Shown here one piece after another: positions 19,135 through 28,625 of a stretch of 64,000 nucleotides of DNA (positions within the stretch are counted from its first letter, which is position 1; each line of letters begins with the position of its first letter). The DNA comes from a virus. Taxonomy: Duplodnaviria; Caudoviricetes. A program made the position numbers and the translations under genes. Location: the IMG/VR virus record IMGVR_UViG_3300031992_000089, positions 1,911-65,910 of that record; one strand, 5' to 3'. Below the pieces are notes generated by a model, which saw only the letters and a list, made by a program, of their open reading frames with translations, did no database searches and was not told the DNA's origin.

Positions 19135-20237
19135 TCAATAACTGTCTTCGTCTATGCAGAAAATGAGACGGAAACATAGTAAATCGATACTAAAAGTATA
19201 TGGTCTATGATTATTCCCACAACAGGTCAATCTAAATGCTAGTGGAAATATCCAAGAGTCTTTATCCATATAAAACTTTATCCTTTTCATTCCGCTTCAC
19301 CTCTCTTTCTCATATCTGCACCGCAAGTGTCACAAAATTTCCCCTTTCTATCTGCCCCACTTCCACACCTAGAACAGTAATACTTAAACCGTTCATGATA
19401 TTTTTCTATCCACTCTCCGTGTGGTCGGTTGTGGTATGGTTCACCGTGATAAACGGCATCGCATAACATCAACATGTCTTCGTACTCCAACCCTTTTACA
19501 CCGTGACCGTAATCGCTTCTAATATGAGCATTTGTCTTTTCGGGTATCTCAATTATCAGTTTCACTTCTCGTCACCACTCTTTCCAAAGAAGTCATTGTC
19601 AAATTTAATTAGGGCTGTGGTATACTCGCCATAGCACCGTTCACACATATCATGTCCTGACTCACTGTAGTGTCTGATTTTCCATGTCGGGGTGCTCTTC
19701 TCAACCTCTATTAGTTTACCGCACTTATCACAATATATTTTTATCATGGTGACTCTCCTCTTCCCTGTATGGTGTCGGCAACGGCATCCATGCGAGGACT
19801 TCAATAAAGTTTGCTCTATTCCATATGCCATTTGAAAAAGTGACTTCTTCCACTACTGTTTGATACCGTCCATTGTGTTTTCTGTCATCTATTGCAAAAC
19901 GCTTTTCTGTGACAATATATCGCCCACTTTTTTCGGGCAACCTTTCAGAACATGGTATCCATTGTGGTCTTTCCGTTAAAATTCTATCGTGTTCGGGAAG
20001 CCATCCTATCTCTGTGAGATAGTCGATGGCACTTTCTTTTTCACACTCTCTGTGTGGTCGTTCTTCTGTTGACATTTCTTTAATCTTATTACATAGAGCC
20101 TTGTTCACTTCGAGAAGCACCTTTTCCGCTTGAGTAAAAGGTCTAGCGCCTAGTTCTCCTTCGGGAAACGGTGCGAAAAAGCCACGTAAGGTTTTATGCA
20201 CTAACTCAATAATTTCTTGTCTTTCTTTCTCGGTCAT
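19135..20237 (-). other. Small accessory genes: 19135-19290, 19287-19565 (C-terminal Zn ribbon), ~19562-19738, 19728-20237 (C-terminal DUF551-like)
   Basis: HGEW...CSRC...FCDTCGADM; QWIPCSERLP...VLAWMPLP. Confidence 0.65.
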
Positions 20238-20755
20238 CTTTGTATCCTCGTAAGTTCCATTTCGGTCATTCTTCTACTTAACACCTTTTTACATGAACCT
20301 AAAAGTTCCTGTGCGTTATCTACTTTAGCCTTCATAATCTTATAGGCTCGGTTGTAGCAGACGTTGACCAGATACTCATGCTGACTGGCAAGTTCTGCTA
20401 AACTATCCTTATCGGCAACTGTGCCTGGCTCACTACTAGACCGAGCAGAATGATATGTCTCTTTATAGATGGCTTTAGAAATGTCATCTTTAATACCTAA
20501 CTGCTCACACATCCCACCTGCAAAGTAAATAAGTGTGGACAAATTCATACAGAAATCGTCCAGTTCATCATTCGTAGGCGGCTTCTCGCCATCTGCCAGA
20601 CAATCTTTGATAAAGCCTACATAATTGTCTAAATCAGCACAGTACGGCTTAATGATACTGTCCACAATGTCGTTGATTAGTCTAGAATCATGTTCCACCC
20701 TACTCTGGGTCTGATTCAGTTTGTCGGAATCTATTGCTTCATACCCGAATTTCAT
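20234..20755 (-). CDS. Helical protein, possible recombination mediator
   Basis: Predicted all-helical; lies in the RecA/RecU/Cas4 cluster; function is inference only. Confidence 0.4.
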   Translation of the reverse strand: MKFGYEAIDSDKLNQTQSRVEHDSRLINDIVDSIIKPYCADLDNYVGFIKDCLADGEKPPTNDELDDFCMNLSTLIYFAGGMCEQLGIKDDISKAIYKETYHSARSSSEPGTVADKDSLAELASQHEYLVNVCYNRAYKIMKAKVDNAQELLGSCKKVLSRRMTEMELTRIQR

Positions 20756-20917
20756 ATATTACGCCTCCTTTTATTATTAAGGTAATCTTGCATCTGTTCA
20801 TTTCTATCCTGTTGCTTCTTGACTTCCATTATCTGTTTCCATTCTAGGTATTTCGCACAGTCAGAATGACAACCTAAATGCCTAAAATTACAGTCTTTAC
20901 AGGGTGCGTGTAACATA

Positions 20918-21409
20918 CTAGCCTCCTATAAAATCTGTTAAGTCATAATCAAATCTGACCCTTTTCTTATCACCCGGCACGATATAGAAATTGCCGTTGT
21001 AATGCTGTAAATGGTTTATGTTGAAACTCTTATTGCCGGCATCTCTAATATTCTTCATGGTTTTTGCATCAACAAAGAGCGTCATATCATGGTCGATAAA
21101 CCAAATAAAGTAACCAGCAGTGACGCCTGTAATTTCAGACTTCTCTAACAACCCATCCCATTGAGCATTACTAATCAGGCCGTACTTTCTTTTTGGGTCG
21201 TTACTATAAATACTTAAAGTATTACCGTAGCAACTCTTACACTCAAAGTAAAACAAATGAGGACAATGGTAAGCGATAAAGTCACAGATATTACATGAGC
21301 CTTTATACCCACTCATCTGGTCGTACATTCTATCAACAGACATATCAGGTATACGCAAAAGAGCCTCCCTAATATCATCTTCAAACACCTTACCTCTGTT
21401 TACGCCCAT
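20918..21409 (-). CDS. recU: RecU-like Holliday junction resolvase
   Basis: NRGKVFE...CDFIAY...FECKS PD-(D/E)xK pattern. Confidence 0.7.
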   Translation of the reverse strand: MGVNRGKVFEDDIREALLRIPDMSVDRMYDQMSGYKGSCNICDFIAYHCPHLFYFECKSCYGNTLSIYSNDPKRKYGLISNAQWDGLLEKSEITGVTAGYFIWFIDHDMTLFVDAKTMKNIRDAGNKSFNINHLQHYNGNFYIVPGDKKRVRFDYDLTDFIGG

Positions 21410-21553
21410 CTTTTTCCATAGCCTCCAACCTTGCTGGTATTACTACCTTCTCATTACAATAATCACAACATCTAGCACCGTCCCACTTCACAACCGGCCA
21501 CGGATTATTACCAAAATTACGAAGCGGGTGATTACAAATACAACAACGCTTCA

Positions 21554-22345
21554 TCACATCACCTCACATAAATTTTTATATCCACAATATCTGCATATAC
21601 GTTCCGATATATCTTCTGGTTTAGGTGGACATTCTTTCTTCGCCACATAATGCTCACAAGTATCTATAAGACCTACAAAATCATTCTTCATTTCATCTGT
21701 AGGTTCAAACATGAAGGCTTTCATGTCTAATGTGTCTCGGCTAATATAAAGGAAGATTACACCATCTAACTTAAACGACACGGAATACGCTGTGGCTTGC
21801 TTATAGTGTTTCGGGTCAACCCCTTTTCTACTATTCCACTTGCCACTTATCTCTGTTTTAATTTCTAGAATGTAATACTTACCTTTGTATCTAATAATAC
21901 CATCAGTAAGAAAATGCATCTTCAACGTCTTATGGTTAAACTTTGTTTCCGGGCCGCACTTCTCAATTACTTCTAAATCAGTAAGACCTCTCTGTTCAAC
22001 AAATTCAGCGGCATCTATATACTCACAGTCAAAGCCGTTTTCTTTCATGCCGGCTACATAATTCTGAATACGAATATGGGTATCAGTACCAGAATTACAA
22101 ATTCCGATTAGACTATAACCTGCTGGCACATCATCGACATCCGCACCTATCATTTGAAAATACATACTTCGGATGCAATTCATACCTGACGGCTTATATG
22201 ACTGCGACGGTTTTCTTCGATTCTTCAAATCATCGGCTTCAATGCTTCGTTTTAAGTCAGCCAAAAAACACTGCTCAACAGGTAATTCTTCTTGCGCCTG
22301 TTCAATTAGTTTGCAGACTTGACCTAATAACCTTCTACTACCCAT
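21554..22345 (-). CDS. Cas4-like PD-(D/E)xK exonuclease
   Basis: KPSGMNC, GTDTH, DGII...ILEIK, HYKQATAY, C-terminal C...CRYCGYKNLC cluster. Confidence 0.8.
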   Translation of the reverse strand: MGSRRLLGQVCKLIEQAQEELPVEQCFLADLKRSIEADDLKNRRKPSQSYKPSGMNCIRSMYFQMIGADVDDVPAGYSLIGICNSGTDTHIRIQNYVAGMKENGFDCEYIDAAEFVEQRGLTDLEVIEKCGPETKFNHKTLKMHFLTDGIIRYKGKYYILEIKTEISGKWNSRKGVDPKHYKQATAYSVSFKLDGVIFLYISRDTLDMKAFMFEPTDEMKNDFVGLIDTCEHYVAKKECPPKPEDISERICRYCGYKNLCEVM

Positions 22346-22992
22346 TATGCTGTTACTCTCCTTTGTTGCATGACTCTATATCCTTCTTCTCTACCCTGTT
22401 CATACACATCATTGTTATGTTGCATGGACATACTTCTATGAATTGTCCTACAACCCGCCATCATTTCACGGTGAGCAGTAGTAACATCTTCAGGCACAAT
22501 TACCATAAGTGCTGTACTCTGCTCGGCAAATGCTTGCTCTAGACCTGCACAGAAGCCTAATACAAATGTATTATACAGTCCATTATAAGGACGTCGTGCG
22601 GCTTTAGCGTGCTTAACTACTCTATTAGCAAACTTATCACCCAGTCTAAACAGATACTTAAATGTCTCTGCGGCAACTGTAACATCTGTCTTATGACCAA
22701 AGAATACGATGAAATTGACGCCATGAATATGTACGGCACATCTAAAATTCTTTGCAATAATACTTGCCAGATGATACTTCCACTTCTTCGACGGCACCTC
22801 TACGAAACTTTCTTCGATTTCTTCTACACGGTCGAGGTCTAGATTCTCTACCTGCTTCATATCGATATGATACTGGGCAAGTAATTTCTGTGCCTTCAAT
22901 GCGGCAGACTTTGCTTCTTCCTCTGACGGGTTGTTTGCCGCAAGCGAAAGCAGTTTCTTAATCTTGGCAATAATGTTCTCATTCTCTTTCAT
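22345..22992 (-). CDS. DUF2786-domain protein
   Basis: IIAKIKKLLSLAANNPSEEEAKSAALKAQKLLAQYHI. Confidence 0.8.
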   Translation of the reverse strand: MKENENIIAKIKKLLSLAANNPSEEEAKSAALKAQKLLAQYHIDMKQVENLDLDRVEEIEESFVEVPSKKWKYHLASIIAKNFRCAVHIHGVNFIVFFGHKTDVTVAAETFKYLFRLGDKFANRVVKHAKAARRPYNGLYNTFVLGFCAGLEQAFAEQSTALMVIVPEDVTTAHREMMAGCRTIHRSMSMQHNNDVYEQGREEGYRVMQQRRVTA

Positions 22993-23027
22993 GTTCTGAC
23001 GCCTCCGTTAACTTATTTTGTATCTAC

Positions 23028-23056
23028 ATTATATCATACACAAACGTATAAATCAA
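23028..23056 (-). promoter_or_regulatory. sigmaA-type promoter
   Basis: TTGATT-N17-TATAAT containing the CGTTTGTGTATG element also seen at 1660 and 62402. Confidence 0.7.
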
Positions 23057-23062
23057 CAGGTG

Positions 23063-24148
23063 TTACAACTCCGGCTCTAAAGAACTTAACTCTTCAGGCG
23101 TACACTCATTCGCATCTTTCTTGCCGTTCGGAAAGTTATATTCGAGAATAATTTTATTCGGTAATTCTCTACGTAACTTCTCTCTAGCCTTTCTTCCAGC
23201 CTCATCCATATCAGTAGCAAGAATAACAGCACGACATGGCAAATCTCTTAACTGCTGATACTGTAATTCATTCCCTAAACCATTCAATGCTACTGCATAT
23301 TTCCCTACACACCAGAAAGATAATGCGTCCAACATGGACTCACACACTATAACCTCACTAGGAAACACATTACATGCGATAGAATACCAAGTCTCTATTC
23401 CCATGTTTATGGGCTTTGGTATTGCATGTAAGTATGCTTGAAGAACTAACTCATACAGTCCATACAACGGTTTCTCTGCTCCGGCTGGGTAATTAAAGAA
23501 CTTGGTCTTTACAGAACGTCTAGCAACAAATAAACAATTACCTTCTATATCTCTAACAGGAAAGGTAATACACTCTGTCTCTTTGTCATAGCCAATATCA
23601 AACAGTTCTATAATCTCATCTGTAAGACCACGTTTATACATATATGGATGATAGTATCTATACTGACTTAATTCTTCTTCATCGACGAAGCCAGTGCCGT
23701 TATGAACTTCACCGACGCCATTATTGCTACTAGGACTATGTCCAACAGCAGTAATAAAAGTAGAGCGCCTAACATCACCTTTATGCCAATCAAAATCCAA
23801 CTCAACATCTCTTCTGTCCTCCTGTGAAATCAAAACAAAATTCTGCATTAACCATTTATATCCCAATGCACCACCATCATTCTCGCCAAAGCAGTGTGAG
23901 ATAAGTTCAGGTAGTGTATGTACTTCTCCGCAAGCAAAACAATGAAAGGTACCATCAGACTTCTTTATTCCGGCAGACGGTCGTCTTTCTTGACCGTTCT
24001 TATGATATGGGCAAGAAATCATAACATTGTCGGGTGAGTCTTTAACTGCACCGAGCAACTTTATCCCTTGCATAGCGATATGCTCTTTTAACAAAAGAAT
24101 AATATTATAGATAGAAGCATCAACTTCTATGCCGTCTTGTAAAATCAT
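23063..24148 (-). CDS. DNA primase (CHC2 Zn finger plus TOPRIM)
   Basis: SCPYH...FHCFAC; VCES..DALS; LATDMD; GKKDANE; start placed at MILQDG. Confidence 0.88.
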   Translation of the reverse strand: MILQDGIEVDASIYNIILLLKEHIAMQGIKLLGAVKDSPDNVMISCPYHKNGQERRPSAGIKKSDGTFHCFACGEVHTLPELISHCFGENDGGALGYKWLMQNFVLISQEDRRDVELDFDWHKGDVRRSTFITAVGHSPSSNNGVGEVHNGTGFVDEEELSQYRYYHPYMYKRGLTDEIIELFDIGYDKETECITFPVRDIEGNCLFVARRSVKTKFFNYPAGAEKPLYGLYELVLQAYLHAIPKPINMGIETWYSIACNVFPSEVIVCESMLDALSFWCVGKYAVALNGLGNELQYQQLRDLPCRAVILATDMDEAGRKAREKLRRELPNKIILEYNFPNGKKDANECTPEELSSLEPEL

Positions 24149-24157
24149 ATACGCCTC

Positions 24158-24186
24158 TTGTAATTTATCTAAATGTGTTGTATAAT
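24158..24186 (+). promoter_or_regulatory. sigmaA-type promoter for the rightward replication operon
   Basis: TTGTAA-N17-TATAAT. Confidence 0.75.
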
Positions 24187-24240
24187 GTTTACAGATATTA
24201 AGAAAAAGACAAAACACACTGTAAAGGACTGAAACACTGT

Positions 24241-25920
24241 ATGATTACATTAAACATTAAAACAGCGAATAAAGCAAATGGCGACTATTCTGCGTATGTT
24301 TCGTTTCCATATAATGAAGAGGTTCTGAATATTATCAGAAGTATGCCGAGTCGTTATTGGGACAATAAGACAAAGGAATGGGAAATACCACTAAAGAAAA
24401 TCGTTACTCTCATTCCGCAACTCACCAAGTATGATATTCAGATTACTGGCAAACTTGACGTTCTCGAAGAAGAAGTAAAGAAGCCAGCAAAGATTACATA
24501 CGCTTTCAAGACAAAGCCTTACGCACATCAAATCGAAGGTGTTAAGTTTGGCAACACGCATGACAGATGGCTTCTTGGAGATGAACAGGGTCTAGGAAAA
24601 ACAAAGCAGGTTATTGATATTGCTTGCTCTAGAAAGCAGACCCACAACTACAAGCACTGCCTTATCATCTGCGGTGTAAACGGACTGAAATGGAACTGGG
24701 TGAATGAAGTTGCTATACATTCTAATGAACAAGCGTTCATTCTTGGTCAGCGCACAACAAGAACTGGCAAAGTAAAGATAGGTTCAACCGCAGACAAACT
24801 TAATGACGTAAAGAATATTAAGGACATAAAAGAATACTTCATCATCACCAATGTTGAAACATTGAGAGATAAGACCATCAGTGAAGAACTTGCCAAGTTA
24901 TGCTTCAACGGTGAACTTCCTATGGTCGCCATTGATGAAATTCATAAATGTAAGAATCCGGCTAGTCAGCAAGGAAAAGGCATATTAAGACTTCAACCTC
25001 TTTGCCGTATTGCTATGACAGGAACGCCAGTTATGAATACACCTATGGATATGTATATCATTCTGCGCTGGCTCGGATTTGAAAAACACTCCTTCAGTCA
25101 GTTCAAGGCGCATCACTGCATATTTGGTGGCTTTGGTGGATATGAAGTAGTAGGCTATAAGAATATGGAAGAAATAGAGGAGCAGTTAAAGGATATGATG
25201 CTTCGCCGTCTGAAAGATGATGTGCTTGATTTACCTGAAAAAGTTTATATCAACGAATATGTTGATATGGATAACAAGCAGGCACAAATATATAGAGAAG
25301 TAACGGCAGACATTAAATCTAACATCGACCAAATTACAGTTAGTCCAAATCCGCTTGCGGCTCTTATCAGATTAAGACAAGCAACAGGCTATACTGGCAT
25401 ACTTTCTTCTACAATTAAAGAAAGTGCAAAGTTAGATAGACTGGAAGAACTGGTCGAAGATATTGTAGCCAACAACAGAAAGTGTCTGGTCTTTTCTAAC
25501 TGGACACAAATGACAGATGTGGTGCAAGAGAGACTTGCAAAATACAACCCCGCAGTCATTACAGGAGAAACTAGTGATGCTGAAAGAATGAGCATGGTAA
25601 CAAAATTTCAGAACGATAACACTTGTAATGTTATTGTTGGAACTATTGGTGCGATGGGAACTGGTCTCACTCTTACAGCCGGAACTTCTGTCATCTTTCT
25701 TGATGAGCCTTGGACTATGGCAGCAAAACAGCAGGCGATAGATAGATGCCACAGAATCGGAACTACACAGAAAATAACCATTCATACGATTCTGTGTAAG
25801 GACACTATTGACGAAAGAATACATGACATAGTAGAAAAGAAAGGACTTATGTCAGACGCACTTATCGACGGTAAACTTGTTGGAAACAAGACCGAAATAT
25901 TAAACTATCTCATTGGTTAA
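24241..25920 (+). CDS. SNF2-family helicase with N-terminal HARP-like domain
   Basis: GDEQGLGKT, DEIH, MTGTP, LRRLK, QAIDRCHRIG. Confidence 0.9.
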   Translation: MITLNIKTANKANGDYSAYVSFPYNEEVLNIIRSMPSRYWDNKTKEWEIPLKKIVTLIPQLTKYDIQITGKLDVLEEEVKKPAKITYAFKTKPYAHQIEGVKFGNTHDRWLLGDEQGLGKTKQVIDIACSRKQTHNYKHCLIICGVNGLKWNWVNEVAIHSNEQAFILGQRTTRTGKVKIGSTADKLNDVKNIKDIKEYFIITNVETLRDKTISEELAKLCFNGELPMVAIDEIHKCKNPASQQGKGILRLQPLCRIAMTGTPVMNTPMDMYIILRWLGFEKHSFSQFKAHHCIFGGFGGYEVVGYKNMEEIEEQLKDMMLRRLKDDVLDLPEKVYINEYVDMDNKQAQIYREVTADIKSNIDQITVSPNPLAALIRLRQATGYTGILSSTIKESAKLDRLEELVEDIVANNRKCLVFSNWTQMTDVVQERLAKYNPAVITGETSDAERMSMVTKFQNDNTCNVIVGTIGAMGTGLTLTAGTSVIFLDEPWTMAAKQQAIDRCHRIGTTQKITIHTILCKDTIDERIHDIVEKKGLMSDALIDGKLVGNKTEILNYLIG

Positions 25921-25933
25921 AGGAGGAATTAAA

Positions 25934-26221
25934 ATGGGAGAACAATTACTAAAAATTGAAGAAGTTGCAATTCTTGTCGGTGTCTCCACCCAAACAATTA
26001 ACATTTGGTATCGTTGGAGAAAGCATAACCCCGATAATGAGTACGCAAAGATGCTGCCTGACTTCATTCAACAGGGCAAGCGTCAGATGCGACTGTGGAA
26101 GAAAAGCGACCTGTGGGCGCTCATCGAGTTCAAGAACGCCATTCCGAGAGGTCGTAACGGAATCTTAGGTGACATCACACAACGCAGATACAAGTATAAG
26201 GAGGCTGAAAATGAACAGTGA
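25934..26221 (+). CDS. MerR/excisionase-like HTH protein
   Basis: LLKIEEVAILVGVSTQTINIWYR. Confidence 0.7.
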   Translation: MGEQLLKIEEVAILVGVSTQTINIWYRWRKHNPDNEYAKMLPDFIQQGKRQMRLWKKSDLWALIEFKNAIPRGRNGILGDITQRRYKYKEAENEQ

Positions 26222-26970
26222 ACTTCAAAAACTGGCACAGGCGTATGTCGAAAACAAAAGAGAACTCGACAGTTACACCAAACTATGCAAAAAGGAAAAT
26301 GAGGACATCAAAAAGATGATGTCGGATGAAGGTGTAGAAGAAGTTGACGTAGGTAGTGGAAAAGCATTACGACGTGTCATCACCGAATCATACGATGTAA
26401 ACGAACTGAAAATGCTACAGGTTCTGAAACAGTATGGTGTGCCGGCAGTAAAGACAGTTGAGGTCATCGATGAAGATGCGTTAGAGAAATTCCTCTACAA
26501 CGCCGACCCGAATGAGCATAGAGCCTTACTGCAAGAACTTGATGGGTGTAAAAAACTAAAGCAAGTAGTATCATTAAGAGTAGTTAATGCCAAAAAGATG
26601 GAGGACTAATCTATGAACGCTTGCCCACTTTGCGGAAAACCAGCAGACAGTAATGACCCGTACGTCACTCAAACTAAATGGAAAAGAAGAAAAGTAACCA
26701 CATACTTTCACATGGAATGTTACGAACAAATTACAAGGAGGGCTGTAAATGAAAGGCTACGAAAGTAAAGCAACTATCACCACTATCAAAGCAAACTCTA
26801 AGGTCACACTGAAAATCCGAGATAACTTCTTCTCGGTCGAATACAGTGAGGAGCGTACTATCCCAGATGTAGATGGGGTAGATATTGAAGCCGAGAGAAA
26901 ATGCCTATTTGATGATGTAAATGCCATCGTAGATGAGCAGGCGAATGAAATCAGACAGACATTCAAGTGA
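26211..26970 (+). other. Hypothetical genes 26211-26609, a small Zn-finger ORF from ~26612, and 26749-26970
   Basis: Coupled ORFs with RBSs. Confidence 0.65.
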
Positions 26971-26974
26971 CCAC

Positions 26975-27002
26975 TTGCGCTATACGTGTAGCGTGCTATA
27001 AT
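26975..27002 (+). promoter_or_regulatory. sigmaA-type promoter ahead of the replication initiator
   Basis: TTGCGC-N16-TATAAT with extended -10 TG. Confidence 0.65.
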
Positions 27003-27031
27003 AAGTACATCTCGTAAGAGAAAAACAAATG

Positions 27032-27130
27032 TTGGCTGTCTGTTAGCGCCATTAAGACAGTTGACGGACAGCCAATTAAAATCTCTTTTAGTAGTCCAAT
27101 GACGCCTTTGGGACTATTGAAAGAGATTTT
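27032..27130 (+). ncRNA. Tandem long hairpins in the initiator 5' leader
   Basis: 16-bp stem 27032-27075 and 20-bp stem 27078-27130, both with G-U pairs, ending 8 nt before the GGAGG RBS. Confidence 0.7.
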
Positions 27131-27148
27131 GTTTATTCGGAGGTATAC

Positions 27149-27970
27149 ATGGAAAGAGACTTCAAAGGTGTATGGATTCCTAAAGAGATATGGTTATGCA
27201 AAGACTTGTCCGCACTAGATAAAGTAATATATGCCGAAATCAGCAGTTTAGATAATGAAAATCATTGTACCGCAAGTAATGAATATTTTGCCGAGTTCTG
27301 CGACGTAGGCGTAGCAACTGTAACAAGGTCAATACAAAAACTGATAGATAAAGGCTATATAGAAAGAGTTTCATTCAACGGCCGACAGAGGGTGCTCAAA
27401 TTGATTAAGCAGACTAATCAAAATGATGAGTCTCCCTCATCAAAACGATTATCTAATAATATATATAGTAATACAGATAGTAATACTGATATATTATCTA
27501 AAGATAATATATACAGTACGGATGGTGTATGTTCAGAGCCTAAATCAGATGTTAGTTCAAAGGCTTACAGTAAAGAAGATTTTCTAGGTTCTAGAAAGAA
27601 AGTAAAGCAAACTAGAAAACCATCATTGTATGAAAAGTGTGTACAGGAGATAGATAATTTTACTCACTCGTTAGTTGAAAGAACCTGTCTTATAGAATAT
27701 CTAGAATTAAGACTGGCTATGAAAGATAAACCTATATATGGTGTCAGTCAGTGGAAAGGTATTCTCAATAAACTAAATGAGTTAGTGAAGTCAGGCGAAG
27801 ATATTCAGAAGGTGATAAAGCAGAGTATAGAAAAAGGTTATGCTTCTTTCTACCCGGTAAGTAGCAGTAAGAAGTATGATAAACCACAAAATAAAGACGT
27901 GTTCAGTGAATACGGTGAAGTATCATGTGAACGCTCTGGTGAGGAGGATAGAACAGATGTCGAATTTTGA
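27149..27970 (+). CDS. Phage replication initiator (N-terminal winged HTH)
   Basis: FKGVWIPKEIW, ASNEYFAEFC..GVATVTRSIQKLIDKGYI; followed by DnaC-like and DnaB-like genes. Confidence 0.8.
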   Translation: MERDFKGVWIPKEIWLCKDLSALDKVIYAEISSLDNENHCTASNEYFAEFCDVGVATVTRSIQKLIDKGYIERVSFNGRQRVLKLIKQTNQNDESPSSKRLSNNIYSNTDSNTDILSKDNIYSTDGVCSEPKSDVSSKAYSKEDFLGSRKKVKQTRKPSLYEKCVQEIDNFTHSLVERTCLIEYLELRLAMKDKPIYGVSQWKGILNKLNELVKSGEDIQKVIKQSIEKGYASFYPVSSSKKYDKPQNKDVFSEYGEVSCERSGEEDRTDVEF

Positions 27971-28625
27971 TACAGGACCAGACTGCTGGTATCGAGAAGT
28001 ATGTACGAATGAATGTAACGGTTCATGTATAAGATACCTTGAAATGTCTTATCTTATGGACCATAGTAACATTCCGAAGAATTTACAGACACCTAAAAAA
28101 TTGATACCCGATTCTTGTGACTTTGATACGTTCACAAAACTGGCAGAGATTAAAAGTAATATTACCGAGTTTGTAAAAGAAGGACGCAGTCTGTATATAT
28201 GCGGTAGAACTACTGGAAATGGCAAAACAAGTTGGGCGATAAAGATACTATTGAAATACTTCGATTCAGTATGGCCCGGAAATGGATTTAGAACTCGTGG
28301 TGTATTTGTTCATGTGCCTACATTTCTGTTAAAGTGTAAGGACTTCAACAATAAAGACCCAGAGTTTGAAGAATTGAAGCAAAGCATACTGACCGCTGAT
28401 TTAGTAGTATGGGATGATATAGCAAGTACGAATATCAGTGCCTATGATTATTCTCAACTTATTATGTGCCTTGACGCTAGATTCTCTAGTGGTCTCTCAA
28501 ACATCTATACAGGTAATATTACAGATAAAGAAAATCTCACTTCGGCTTTAGGTGCAAAATTGACCAGTCGTATATTATCTGTCGATACCGTAAAGGCAGT
28601 ATTTTTAGGTGGTGATAGAAGATGA
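27957..28625 (+). CDS. DnaC/IstB-like helicase loader ATPase
   Basis: LYICGRTTGNGKTSWA, DLVVWDDI, RILS. Confidence 0.82.
   Translation: MSNFDTGPDCWYREVCTNECNGSCIRYLEMSYLMDHSNIPKNLQTPKKLIPDSCDFDTFTKLAEIKSNITEFVKEGRSLYICGRTTGNGKTSWAIKILLKYFDSVWPGNGFRTRGVFVHVPTFLLKCKDFNNKDPEFEELKQSILTADLVVWDDIASTNISAYDYSQLIMCLDARFSSGLSNIYTGNITDKENLTSALGAKLTSRILSVDTVKAVFLGGDRR

Noticed and set aside
21554-22345. CRISPR-associated cas4 / CRISPR array
   Set aside because: No repeat-spacer array or other cas genes; stand-alone Cas4-like nucleases are common in phage recombination modules
25934-26221. Evidence of a temperate lifestyle from the excisionase-like HTH
   Set aside because: No integrase, att-like site or CI/Cro switch in the window; such HTH genes are common in replication modules. 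The rest of the genome is unseen.
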